A program made the translations under genes and the position numbers. The notes beneath the pieces were generated by a model. That model was not told the DNA's origin, ran no database searches, and was given only the letters and a program-made list of their open reading frames with translations. From the IMG/VR virus record IMGVR_UViG_3300022074_000037, positions 1 through 61,734 of that record: 61,734 nt of DNA, one strand, 5' to 3'. The stretch comes from a virus. Its lineage: Duplodnaviria > Caudoviricetes. Numbering within the stretch: position 1 is the stretch's first letter; every line of letters begins with the position of its first letter. Below are positions 27,808 to 36,792 of the stretch, piece by piece.

Positions 27808-28093
27808 CAGTTTGATGATACAAATCAAAGGACGGACAGGACATGGGGGCAGTACCCATCGCCTCCACCATAACTACTCTTAGATGAGATAGTGAATCAC
27901 TGCATGAGAGTAGTTATGATGGGGGCGAACTAGGTTCGACTGACGTAGATAGAGGCGAGTAGAATTGTCGGATGACTGCGTAATAGGTCAAAACTCGTAA
28001 ATGCAAACGATAACAATGCATATGTAGATTACGCTCTCGCAGCCTAATCGTACTGAGTTTCGGTGGTGTACTTGGAAACAGAAACACCACCAC
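27808..28093 (+). ncRNA. ssrA: permuted two-piece tmRNA (alphaproteobacterial type), tag ANDNNAYVDYALAA
   Basis: Acceptor piece ends CGCCTCCACCA at 27870; hairpin intervening segment; coding piece starts GGGGGCG at 27921 (G3.U70); tag frame 28003-28047; promoter TTGACA 27772 and TATAAATA 27795; outer ends approximate. Confidence 0.92.
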
Positions 28094-28110
28094 TTAATTT
28101 TGGAGATAGT

Positions 28111-28602
28111 ATGTATAAGGTGACAGGACAGTTTAAAGAACGCAAGGTAGTAAAATACTTTGTTGACCTGTATGACGCTATTGATTTTAAGGATAATGTG
28201 GATGCACACTATCCAATGAAACTGACGATGGAAAAGGTAATTGATATGAGAGAATTTATTCATGACAGTTGGCACAGTGTAATGAATGCCGACAAGAACC
28301 CACTAAGACATATCCCAGATACTAATACTAGACATATGGTACTACAGGTACTTGCATGGATGTGGTGTATTGTATTTTCAATGTGGATTGGTAGTTTTTG
28401 GGTTATGGGTGTAAGTATGATTGCCCATGCCTTGATACTTGCGGCCATTGTAATTACAGTTGCAACCTTTGAGACTGCAAGATTACGTCCTACATTCTTT
28501 ATGCACTTTCCTACATCGACACCAAGTCGTGCAAGAGATATCTGGATTGACGGTAAGAAAATTAAACTAGACCCACAAGATAAAGGTGGTGAACATGAAT
28601 AA
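28111..28602 (+). CDS. membrane protein
   Basis: GGAG RBS before ATG 28111; NPLRHIPD...LAWMWC..FS TM region. Confidence 0.7.
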   Translation: MYKVTGQFKERKVVKYFVDLYDAIDFKDNVDAHYPMKLTMEKVIDMREFIHDSWHSVMNADKNPLRHIPDTNTRHMVLQVLAWMWCIVFSMWIGSFWVMGVSMIAHALILAAIVITVATFETARLRPTFFMHFPTSTPSRARDIWIDGKKIKLDPQDKGGEHE

Positions 28603-28732
28603 GTTCAAACAATGGTGGCACGAGACTGACAGTATTGAAATGGTTCTCTTTGCAACCCTATGGAGTCTGTTTGGTTATGGTGCATATGTGGTAGCAGTTG
28701 CACTTGCACAAAAGATTACATGGATAGGGTGA
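28595..28732 (+). CDS. small membrane protein (45 aa, not in ORF track)
   Basis: AGGTGG RBS; one TM. Confidence 0.55.
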   Translation: MNKFKQWWHETDSIEMVLFATLWSLFGYGAYVVAVALAQKITWIG

Positions 28733-28926
28733 CGCCTTAATACGTCCGTGTGGGGTCACGGTTAACTCCACAACACAGAGACACCGCATCCTAGGCAAGC
28801 ACTGTGGTACTATAGACCTCTGTGTCAACACGAAAGGAGAAGGGTGGGTTAGTCACCACCTTGCAACAGTCGGTATATATGACTGCTCTGCTGTATAAAA
28901 TCAGATAGAGGGTGACTCCCTCTATC
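28727..28926 (+). ncRNA. candidate multi-hairpin structured RNA upstream of gp33
   Basis: GC-richer 200-nt gap with several inverted repeats, e.g. ACACAGAG/CTCTGTGT and GATAGAGGG/CCCTCTATC. Confidence 0.4.
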
Positions 28927-28944
28927 GTCTTAAAGGAATATAAT

Positions 28945-29166
28945 ATGGAAAAATTGATGACACCAAAAAAGTTCTCACTTGCAGTGGAACAAGTTGTTCA
29001 AGAGTGTGGTTGTTCTCATATGGAAGCAGTACTAGATTACTGTGAGAAAAACAACATCGAACCAGATACCATCAAACCCCTTATTACAAAATCACTGAAG
29101 GAAAAGATTGAGTGTAATGCAAGGGATTTAAATTACCTACCAAAAGTTGCACAGTTGCCCGTATAA
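28945..29166 (+). CDS. gp33: late transcription co-activator gp33
   Basis: F...E......MEAVLDYCEKN.IEP.....I.KSLKEKI...A..LN.L; upstream of gp59. Confidence 0.85.
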   Translation: MEKLMTPKKFSLAVEQVVQECGCSHMEAVLDYCEKNNIEPDTIKPLITKSLKEKIECNARDLNYLPKVAQLPV

Positions 29167-29750
29167 TGGAAGCCTATGACGCATATAGAATATATCATGC
29201 GTTGAAACTTCACTTTACCAGTAACTATGACTATGCAAAATATAATGGTAAGGCGAATGTGAGCGTTGACTCGTTCTTAAAACGTAATGATAGGCCTTTC
29301 TTTGGTAAGGTCGCAAGAAAGTATAAAGAAGATACCAAAGACTTCTTCATATCCAACTTCATAGTCAATCCCAAAGGCTGGGTTGGAAACTTTAACGATG
29401 AGAATTATTTGAACTGGAAGAAAAGAAATCAATCCCTTAAATATAATTACAAATCAGAGATGGTTGAATTATTTCACAAAGTTGAATCATTCGATGAAAT
29501 ATTTCAAGGTGGTGGACAACACCCCTTGTTATTAAAACAATTCATGTCCAAGAAGGTTTCGATTGAGACAGTCGCAATACTGGAATCACTTCTTGGTTTC
29601 TGCAACCGTTTTGATAAGGAGATTAATGAAACGATAGTATGGCCCGACAGAAAAAAACTGATAAAAAATTATAGTAACCTCTTGACAAATGATGTAAATG
29701 AGTATAGAGTAGTAACAATGCAGTTAATAAAGGAGCATTTTGATGACTGA
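29166..29750 (+). CDS. gp59: helicase loader gp59
   Basis: Y.ALKLHF...YDY.KYNGK...F.KR.D..FF.K. Confidence 0.88.
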   Translation: MEAYDAYRIYHALKLHFTSNYDYAKYNGKANVSVDSFLKRNDRPFFGKVARKYKEDTKDFFISNFIVNPKGWVGNFNDENYLNWKKRNQSLKYNYKSEMVELFHKVESFDEIFQGGGQHPLLLKQFMSKKVSIETVAILESLLGFCNRFDKEINETIVWPDRKKLIKNYSNLLTNDVNEYRVVTMQLIKEHFDD

Positions 29751-29955
29751 CGTAACCCTTCACTTTGACGGTGACCCTGTAGAGAAAGAAAGGGATTTCT
29801 ATCGTGCAAAACTAGAAGAGGCCAATGCACGAATTCACACTTTGGAGTATGACTTGGCCGAACTCCAACAGAGAGATAAAACTCTCACTGAGCGAGTCAA
29901 GTTTATGGCTTCAAATCCACCTCGTAGACCAAGGAGTCGTTATGCACGACACTAG
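29740..29955 (+). CDS. hypothetical coiled-coil protein
   Basis: AAGGAG RBS. Confidence 0.65.
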   Translation: MMTDVTLHFDGDPVEKERDFYRAKLEEANARIHTLEYDLAELQQRDKTLTERVKFMASNPPRRPRSRYARH

Positions 29956-30151
29956 GTCTTACAAGGTATTCCAAGGCGGTTATGTCATCCCAGCCAAGGA
30001 TGACAGACCTGCCGATTATGTAAAGGCGAAACCACCTGTCTTTCACTGTCAAGTATTTGATGGTAAAAATACAGTTGCGTTTTATACAAGAAAAACTTAT
30101 GCAGAAGCAAAAATGGAAGGGGAGAATTCACTTGAACGTAGAGTTGGTTGA
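29942..30151 (+). CDS. hypothetical protein
   Basis: AAGGAG RBS before ATG 29942. Confidence 0.6.
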   Translation: MHDTRSYKVFQGGYVIPAKDDRPADYVKAKPPVFHCQVFDGKNTVAFYTRKTYAEAKMEGENSLERRVG

Positions 30152-30755
30152 CCATATGGGTGATGACCTTTCTGTAGTGAATGCAGCAAGAGTATCCTTT
30201 GGTAAAAAAAAGACACAGTTTGAACACGGTGACCTCAAACTGATTAAGTTTCTTGCAAGAGAAGACCATTGGAGTCCATTTGGACACGCATCTATGCAGT
30301 TCCATATCAAGGCTCCAATCTTTGTTGCAAGACAGTTAGTCAAACACCAAGTAGGTTTGGTATGGAATGAAATATCAAGACGATATGTTGATGATGAACC
30401 AGAATTCTATACACCGAAAGAGTGGAGACTGCGAGCAGAAGATAAGAAACAAGGTAGTAGTGAAGAGACTGTCGAGTATAATATTGATGGTGCAATTCAG
30501 TTCGTGACACAGACATACAAGAATCTGTTGAACGCCAATATCGCACCAGAGATGGCGAGAATGGTTCTCCCACAAAACCTTTACACAGAATGGTACTGGT
30601 CTGGTACACTGATGGCCTTTGCAAGAATTTGTAATTTACGTTGTGCAAAGGACACTCAATATGAGACACAGATTATCGCAAACAAGATTGATGAATATGG
30701 ACACAATTTATTCCCAGCATCCTGGCCTGAACTCAGAAGTATTGATTCAGAATAG
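30132..30755 (+). CDS. thyX: flavin-dependent thymidylate synthase
   Basis: VVNAARVS, HWSPF, RQLVKH, NEISRRY, ARMVLP, LR...TQ.E; probable TTG start. Confidence 0.93.
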   Translation: MNVELVDHMGDDLSVVNAARVSFGKKKTQFEHGDLKLIKFLAREDHWSPFGHASMQFHIKAPIFVARQLVKHQVGLVWNEISRRYVDDEPEFYTPKEWRLRAEDKKQGSSEETVEYNIDGAIQFVTQTYKNLLNANIAPEMARMVLPQNLYTEWYWSGTLMAFARICNLRCAKDTQYETQIIANKIDEYGHNLFPASWPELRSIDSE

Positions 30756-30756
30756 G

Positions 30757-31578
30757 ATGACAACAGAGAACGCATTTTGTTTTGGTAACGGAAAGTCAAG
30801 ACTAGATTTTGACATGAAGGTTATCGAAGGTAGAGGCACCACGTTTGGGTGCAATGCAATATATCGTGATATGAAGGTTGACCATCTGGTAACAGTGGAT
30901 AATGAAATCACTCATGAGATTTACAGAAGTGGTTACTGTCAAGACAATCACACTCATATTCGTGATTGGAATGTATTACCTATGTTCTTTCTCAATGAGA
31001 TGAAGGAAGACTATCAAGACGCTGATATCTGTATAGGACATGATGACGTTGGGTTTGTAATACACGGTTCTAATACGGCCGATGTGGATGCACACTTTAA
31101 AAAGATTGTGGAAGAGAACCCAGACATTGACATCAAGAAACTAGAATGGGAACGCAAACAAGTCAAGACCTTTATCACTGGTGTTAAAGAAGGTGACCTT
31201 GCAAAAACGATTGTGAATGACAGGATGCAGAGTTGTGGTGTTCTGTCTATTCAAATCGCCTGTGAGATGGGTGCAAAGAATGTGTTCATTATAGGTCATG
31301 ACCTATATTCAAAAGATTTGAAGTTAAACAATGTATATGGTGGAACAACTGGATATCTACCAGAAACTTCAAATTATGTGAAGCCCGACAGTTGGATTGT
31401 CGGTCATAAAACTAATTTTGACAACTACCCAGATGTCAACTTTTACAAGGTGAATAAAGATGTTCTAGGAACAGATGACACCTGTTGTTTTGTTGAGGCC
31501 TGGCGTGATTGTGAAAATCTACAGTATATTACCCAAGAAGAAGTTGAAAGACTCCTTGACTTTGGGTGGATGATGTAG
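30757..31578 (+). CDS. conserved phage protein (Rossmann-like, GNGKSR...GCNAIYRD)
   Basis: Motifs GNGxSR, GCNA, IIGHD; function unclear. Confidence 0.65.
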   Translation: MTTENAFCFGNGKSRLDFDMKVIEGRGTTFGCNAIYRDMKVDHLVTVDNEITHEIYRSGYCQDNHTHIRDWNVLPMFFLNEMKEDYQDADICIGHDDVGFVIHGSNTADVDAHFKKIVEENPDIDIKKLEWERKQVKTFITGVKEGDLAKTIVNDRMQSCGVLSIQIACEMGAKNVFIIGHDLYSKDLKLNNVYGGTTGYLPETSNYVKPDSWIVGHKTNFDNYPDVNFYKVNKDVLGTDDTCCFVEAWRDCENLQYITQEEVERLLDFGWMM

Positions 31579-31648
31579 TATTATAAATAAAATATATGAT
31601 GAAAGACTGTGAAATACTTAAACATACGATAACATACGGAGAAAAAAT

Positions 31649-32533
31649 ATGTCGTTAGATACACTTAGACGAGCGAACACGCTCGACAAACTACTCTCTC
31701 AAGTTCAGGCAGAGAGTGCCCCTCAAGAGAAGAAGTCTTATGTAGACGAAAGACTGTGGAAACCAGAACTGGATAAGTCTGGTAACGGTTATGCAGTTAT
31801 TCGTTTCTTGCCTGCACCAGAAGGTGAAGAACTACCTTGGGTGAAAGTCTGGAAACACGCTTTCCAAGGCCCAACAGGTAAGTGGTACATTGAGAATTCT
31901 TTGACCACCATGAACCAAAAAGACCCTGTGTCAGAATACAATTCCTCACTATGGAATTCTGGTCTTGAGTCTGATAAGGAGATTGCGAGGAAACAGAAAC
32001 GTAAACTTGAGTACTACTCAAACATTTACGTTGTGTCTGACTCCAAACACCCAGAGAATGAAGGAAAGGTATTCCTTTTCAGATACGGTAAGAAAATCTT
32101 TGATAAGATGATGGCGGCAATGCAACCAGAATTTGAAGATGAGACACCTATCAATCCTTTTGACTTTTGGGAAGGTGCGAACTTCAAACTGAAGATTCGT
32201 AAAGTTGATGGTTACTGGAACTATGATGCATCCTCTTTTGAGACTGTATCTGCACTGAAAGATGATGATGATGCTCTCAACAACATCTGGAAGACCCAGT
32301 ATTCATTGCAAGAGTTTCTTGCACCTACCAACTTCAAGTCTTATGACGAACTGAAGAAGAGACTTGATGATGTTCTCTCTGGTACGGTAACTGCAAGTGC
32401 GGCTGCAATGATGGATGAAGATGTTGTTGAAACACCTCAATTGAAGAGTGAACCAGCGCCATCTATTCCTAGTGTAGATGCAACTGACGAAGATGACACC
32501 ATGTCATACTTTCAGAAACTTGCGAATGGGTAA
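31649..32533 (+). CDS. gp32: single-stranded DNA-binding protein gp32
   Basis: DERLWK..DKSGNG.AVIRFLP, WYIEN, GANFKLK, acidic tail; TATAAATA at 31582. Confidence 0.97.
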   Translation: MSLDTLRRANTLDKLLSQVQAESAPQEKKSYVDERLWKPELDKSGNGYAVIRFLPAPEGEELPWVKVWKHAFQGPTGKWYIENSLTTMNQKDPVSEYNSSLWNSGLESDKEIARKQKRKLEYYSNIYVVSDSKHPENEGKVFLFRYGKKIFDKMMAAMQPEFEDETPINPFDFWEGANFKLKIRKVDGYWNYDASSFETVSALKDDDDALNNIWKTQYSLQEFLAPTNFKSYDELKKRLDDVLSGTVTASAAAMMDEDVVETPQLKSEPAPSIPSVDATDEDDTMSYFQKLANG

Positions 32534-32606
32534 GTTGTCAAACCCTGTGTAGAAAGTCCTTAGTGTCGTAACACCACAAAAAGACAACGCATAGTAGACC
32601 AAGACG

Positions 32607-32638
32607 GAGAGGCAGGGGCAACCCTGTCTCTCTTTTTT
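32607..32638 (+). terminator. intrinsic terminator
   Basis: GAGAGGCAGGG-GCAA-CCCTGTCTCTC plus T6. Confidence 0.85.
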
Positions 32639-32674
32639 ACTAAATACTATTGAAGTCATCAGTAGGAGAGAGAG

Positions 32675-33157
32675 ATGATTGAGGTAGTCGCCGCTGTGTC
32701 AGCGGCATCGAGCGCCTTTGGCGCCATCAAAAAAGGTTTTGAGGTCGGTAGAGATATTGAATCCATGGCAGGCGATTTAGGTCGCTGGATGGGTGCAGTA
32801 TCAGATATCAAGAAGGCCGAAGAGTATAATAAAAAACCACCCCTGTTTAAAAAACTGTTTGCGGCCGGTTCTGTTGAAGAAGAGGCCATGCAAATATTCA
32901 TGGCCAAGAAGAAGGCCGATGATATGCGTGAACAGTTACGTCAAATCATTACCTATACTAGAGGGCCAACTGCATGGCAGGAGCTCTTGAAAACAGAGGC
33001 GGATATACGCAAGAAACGTCAGAAGATGATTTATGACCAAAAGGAAAGACAACGTAAGTTTGTAGAGTACACACTCGCATTTATACTTGTTGCGATAACA
33101 TCTGCCTTAATTGTTTGGGGTATCTATTTCATCATGGATGTAAAAGGAATGTTGTAA
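32675..33157 (+). CDS. hypothetical protein with C-terminal TM
   Basis: AGGAG RBS. Confidence 0.75.
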   Translation: MIEVVAAVSAASSAFGAIKKGFEVGRDIESMAGDLGRWMGAVSDIKKAEEYNKKPPLFKKLFAAGSVEEEAMQIFMAKKKADDMREQLRQIITYTRGPTAWQELLKTEADIRKKRQKMIYDQKERQRKFVEYTLAFILVAITSALIVWGIYFIMDVKGML

Positions 33158-33342
33158 TGATGTTGTTTTTTATTGTGGCCTGTCTCGTTTCACTTCTTGG
33201 GTGTCTAGGTTATATTATATGGATGGATGACCAGTTATACAGAGAACCATATATTCCAGAGTTTGATTCAGAGAGAAAAGTTCGTGAGATTAAATTACGT
33301 CTTGCAGACTTAGAATTCAAACAGAAACAGTCGATACAATGA
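33157..33342 (+). CDS. small membrane protein
   Basis: TAATG coupling. Confidence 0.6.
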   Translation: MMLFFIVACLVSLLGCLGYIIWMDDQLYREPYIPEFDSERKVREIKLRLADLEFKQKQSIQ

Positions 33343-33569
33343 TACACGCATTCATGTTAGTAGTTGTTTTAGGAACAGGTGAGTTTCGACAGATACAACC
33401 GAATGCAATGGTATTCAGAAGTATTGATGTGTGTTTGTATTATGCAAAACGTATTCCTAAACAATATGGTAATTACTCATATAGTTCATACATAGACCCC
33501 AAGGATAGAGTCACTGCATATTGTAAACCTGTCAAAGTTCAAGACGGGCCTAACGTGTATGACCACTAA
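33339..33569 (+). CDS. small hypothetical protein
   Basis: ATGA coupling; Cys pair. Confidence 0.65.
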   Translation: MIHAFMLVVVLGTGEFRQIQPNAMVFRSIDVCLYYAKRIPKQYGNYSYSSYIDPKDRVTAYCKPVKVQDGPNVYDH

Positions 33570-35509
33570 AGTACTGGTACTGTTCCTGCCGGTGCTGCTG
33601 TATCTTTAAGAGGTTGAGTAGTCACACTTGAACTACTACTGTTATTACTATTATCAGTGTTGTTATAGTTGTTTACAACGACACCGCCCTGTTGACCCCT
33701 CATTTCTTCAGACGCATTAATTAACTCTTCCATTCTATCTGCATCACCAGACGCTCTCGCCTCTGCAAACTCTTGAGTAAGACCTGCCGACTTCAATAAT
33801 GCAGATTGAGTATCATCTGGTTCTGGAAGAATCCTTGCACCTGTGTTTGGGTCAAGACCAGCGAATTCGTAAACACCATCTGGAATAACGGATGAAACTG
33901 CACCCCTAATCCAGTTTGCAATTCTACTACCACCTTCTTCTCCAGCAGGATTAGGTAAGATACCACGAAGAATACCTTTCAATAAGTCTTTTGCGGCCTC
34001 ACCAATATTTTTCATACCAGACATCAAGTCTGCAATCAAATCATTTTCACCAGTAAACAGACCTACAATATAATCAACTGCCTTTGATACAAGGTTGAAC
34101 GGTGCAGATACAATATCCATCAATAGGTCTTTGAAACTAAAAGAGTCAAGGAATTCAACCGCACCGTCAAACCCAAGTTTACCCATAATCCATGAGACAC
34201 CATCTTTAAGTAAGTCAAGAGGCATACCAATCAAGTTACCTATCAGTTTAGATAGACCACCACCAACACCATCAATAAATTTAGATACTATACTGTCACC
34301 ATCTGATTCTTTCCAACCGTCAATGAAACCTGTTATCGAATCAAATGCCATCATAACGATTGTTACTGGTAGGAATAATTTACCCAACACTGTACCAAAT
34401 CCTTTTGCAAAACCAAGTATTTTACCAATGACACCACCCTTGCCCGCCATTGCAGAAACACTGGTTACTGAATTTCCAATTGCACCAAACACTCTTGATA
34501 CTGGTTGAAATAAACTTTTCACACCCTTGATAAAATCATCCAACATGGTTGATGCAGTAGTAATAAACTTGTTTCCTTGGAGATTTGTTAGACCTGTAGT
34601 GAAGAAACTTTTGATTGCCTTGAATTTGTCACCAATGAATGTAAAGAATCTACCAATTAGAGTGTCGGGCCCTGCGAATGTATTTGCAGTATTTCTTATG
34701 ATGGCCTTGATAGGGTCAAAAAGTTTGTCAAATGTTAGAATTATCGCCTTGATACCGTTGAATTGTCTTTTGATTTCTGTTACAAACCCACCAACAAATG
34801 ATGTAATGACTGCACCTATCAAACCAATCGGTGCGAGTAGACCCATACCGACATCTTCTGCTTTGATGTTTGCGACACCTTCTGCAAGATTGTCGATACC
34901 TCTTGCAATACTGTGGAAGATAGATTGTGTCTCTTGTTCTTGACGCATCTTCTCATTATCTTTTTCAACTCTTTTGGCCGCACCCTTCATCTCATTTGCA
35001 CGAGCCTTATCGTCTGCGTCAAGTTGTTCTTGATTCATACCAATCAACTTATCGACACCCATCAAGAACCCACCCTTGTCATTGGTGAACATACCAGCGG
35101 CGATGTTAAATTGGTCTACATCAAATCCAAGTAAATTTTCTGTTGCAGACTTTAACTCTGACGCCTCTTTTTCTTGTGCCTGAAATACTGCCTGTTGTTT
35201 TTTAAGATGACCAAACTGTTCTCTTGTAAGACCAAGACGTTGACGCAAGAGTGCTTGTTCTCTCTTGTCCTTCAACATTGCAAACCCTTTGTTGAACAGT
35301 GTCTTACCAACTGCACCAAGTGTTTGTACGCCAGGCAGATTTAGAAACGGTTGTGTGAATGAATCAGTGACCTTTTTCAAATCGCCAGCGACTGTCAATG
35401 CAATCTCTTTACCTGCCGATTGATTAAAATCTCTGAGTTCTTCTGTAACCCTAGTTAGTTGTCTGGATGCCTCTGCAAACGCTTGGGCCTGTCGTGCGTC
35501 ATCTGCCAT
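33566..35509 (-). CDS. tape-measure / baseplate hub protein (gp29-like)
   Basis: 647 aa, helical Gly/Ala/Phe-rich, Asn/Ser-rich C-terminus; downstream of gp26/gp51. Confidence 0.6.
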   Translation of the reverse strand: MADDARQAQAFAEASRQLTRVTEELRDFNQSAGKEIALTVAGDLKKVTDSFTQPFLNLPGVQTLGAVGKTLFNKGFAMLKDKREQALLRQRLGLTREQFGHLKKQQAVFQAQEKEASELKSATENLLGFDVDQFNIAAGMFTNDKGGFLMGVDKLIGMNQEQLDADDKARANEMKGAAKRVEKDNEKMRQEQETQSIFHSIARGIDNLAEGVANIKAEDVGMGLLAPIGLIGAVITSFVGGFVTEIKRQFNGIKAIILTFDKLFDPIKAIIRNTANTFAGPDTLIGRFFTFIGDKFKAIKSFFTTGLTNLQGNKFITTASTMLDDFIKGVKSLFQPVSRVFGAIGNSVTSVSAMAGKGGVIGKILGFAKGFGTVLGKLFLPVTIVMMAFDSITGFIDGWKESDGDSIVSKFIDGVGGGLSKLIGNLIGMPLDLLKDGVSWIMGKLGFDGAVEFLDSFSFKDLLMDIVSAPFNLVSKAVDYIVGLFTGENDLIADLMSGMKNIGEAAKDLLKGILRGILPNPAGEEGGSRIANWIRGAVSSVIPDGVYEFAGLDPNTGARILPEPDDTQSALLKSAGLTQEFAEARASGDADRMEELINASEEMRGQQGGVVVNNYNNTDNSNNSSSSSVTTQPLKDTAAPAGTVPVL

Positions 35510-35513
35510 TTAC

Positions 35514-35858
35514 TTACTTCTTTTTATCTGTATATGCATTTGCACCAAAGTATGCGGCGACTAATGCAGAGATGGCAACAAAGTATGTCGGTGCAATATC
35601 ACCAATAATTGTTGCGGCCTTCTCTTGTCCTAAAATTGATGTAATAAAAATACCTGCCGGATAGAGTAACATACCCAACAATGCAAACCAAGTCATCTTA
35701 CGCATTGCATCTCTACGGGCATCTGCGTCTTCAAGTTCTTTTCTTTTGAATTCCAAATTCATCTCCATTTCTTCTTGTGAAATGTGTCCATCACCATTAC
35801 TGTCAACCTTGTCTATAACCGCTGGGTCTGCGGTAACGGTTTTCTTCTCTTCAGACAT
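35514..35858 (-). CDS. EF-hand-containing two-TM membrane protein
   Basis: DSNGDGHISQEE loop plus two TM helices. Confidence 0.7.
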   Translation of the reverse strand: MSEEKKTVTADPAVIDKVDSNGDGHISQEEMEMNLEFKRKELEDADARRDAMRKMTWFALLGMLLYPAGIFITSILGQEKAATIIGDIAPTYFVAISALVAAYFGANAYTDKKK

Positions 35859-35875
35859 TACTCTCTCCCTTTGTA

Positions 35876-36070
35876 TTATTTATACTGTGCGTTCTGTCTT
35901 TTAATGCGTTCATTTTCTTCTTCAATATGTGCCTTCAACATTGAGACATATATTTCCCTTTCCCACGGTATCATATCATCTAATTCTGTTAGATTGTAAT
36001 GATAGTTTTGCATCATGATAAAATTAGTCTTATAGTACGCTTTAAGACTATCATGAGAAAGGCCTACCCT
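35876..36070 (-). CDS. gp51: baseplate hub assembly protein gp51-like (first ATG 36016; frame open to 36070)
   Basis: YYKTNFIMMQNYHYNLTELDDMIPWEREIYV; not in ORF track. Confidence 0.8.
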   Translation of the reverse strand, partial: RVGLSHDSLKAYYKTNFIMMQNYHYNLTELDDMIPWEREIYVSMLKAHIEEENERIKRQNAQYK

Positions 36071-36771
36071 AAAAAACTTTGCAATCCTTCAAGTCTGATT
36101 TTATTCTCAACATCAGTGTTTGGGTTCTTGATTACAATATCATGTCTCAATCTAGGGATACCATCAAAGAACGCTTGTACATCTGCGAACTGGTCAGTAT
36201 TCATAGATTCGATAAACTCATCTAATTCATTTTTAGGTAGTTCCTCATAAACCTCATTCTCATCAAAAATGTTTACAAGACATTCACCAATCACACCAAA
36301 CGTCAACTCTACTGCACCCATCTCACCACTAGTATACTTTTTCAAGTCTTTCAGTGATGGATACTTCATTGTCATACCAACTGTGTCGGTAATCATGATT
36401 GTGTTGGAATGACCTTCAGTATGTTGAATTTCAACATCATTAAGATTTAGAGTGTATGGAACAATTGTCTTATTATCGTCTTCACAAGTTAGTTGTAATT
36501 CGATTTCGTCACCAACTGACTTGGAACGAATTTTGAGAAACATATACTCAACATCGAATGACGGTAATTGTTCTGGATTTGCAATTGCACCAAAGGTACA
36601 TGACTTGATGAGTTCGCACATGGCATCGGCCATCTCTGTACCTTCACCTGTCTCTTGCGCCATCATCAAGACCTTTTGTTCCTTTACCAGAAAGGGTCGG
36701 AACTTAATTGTTTCCCCTGTTGACGGTTGTACCATCTCATGCGTAGGGGTATTTAACTTAGGCAACGCCAT
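36064..36771 (-). CDS. gp26: baseplate hub subunit gp26
   Basis: MALPK...PSTG..IKFRPFLVKEQK, FDVEY.FL.IRSKSVG, LEGLQSF. Confidence 0.9.
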   Translation of the reverse strand: MALPKLNTPTHEMVQPSTGETIKFRPFLVKEQKVLMMAQETGEGTEMADAMCELIKSCTFGAIANPEQLPSFDVEYMFLKIRSKSVGDEIELQLTCEDDNKTIVPYTLNLNDVEIQHTEGHSNTIMITDTVGMTMKYPSLKDLKKYTSGEMGAVELTFGVIGECLVNIFDENEVYEELPKNELDEFIESMNTDQFADVQAFFDGIPRLRHDIVIKNPNTDVENKIRLEGLQSFLG

Positions 36772-36792
36772 AATATTCTCCTATATTAATAA

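Noticed and set aside
27988-28110. ORFs overlapping the tmRNA (27988..28275 minus; start at 28063 plus)
   Set aside because: The region is explained by the tmRNA coding piece; ATG 28111 has the RBS
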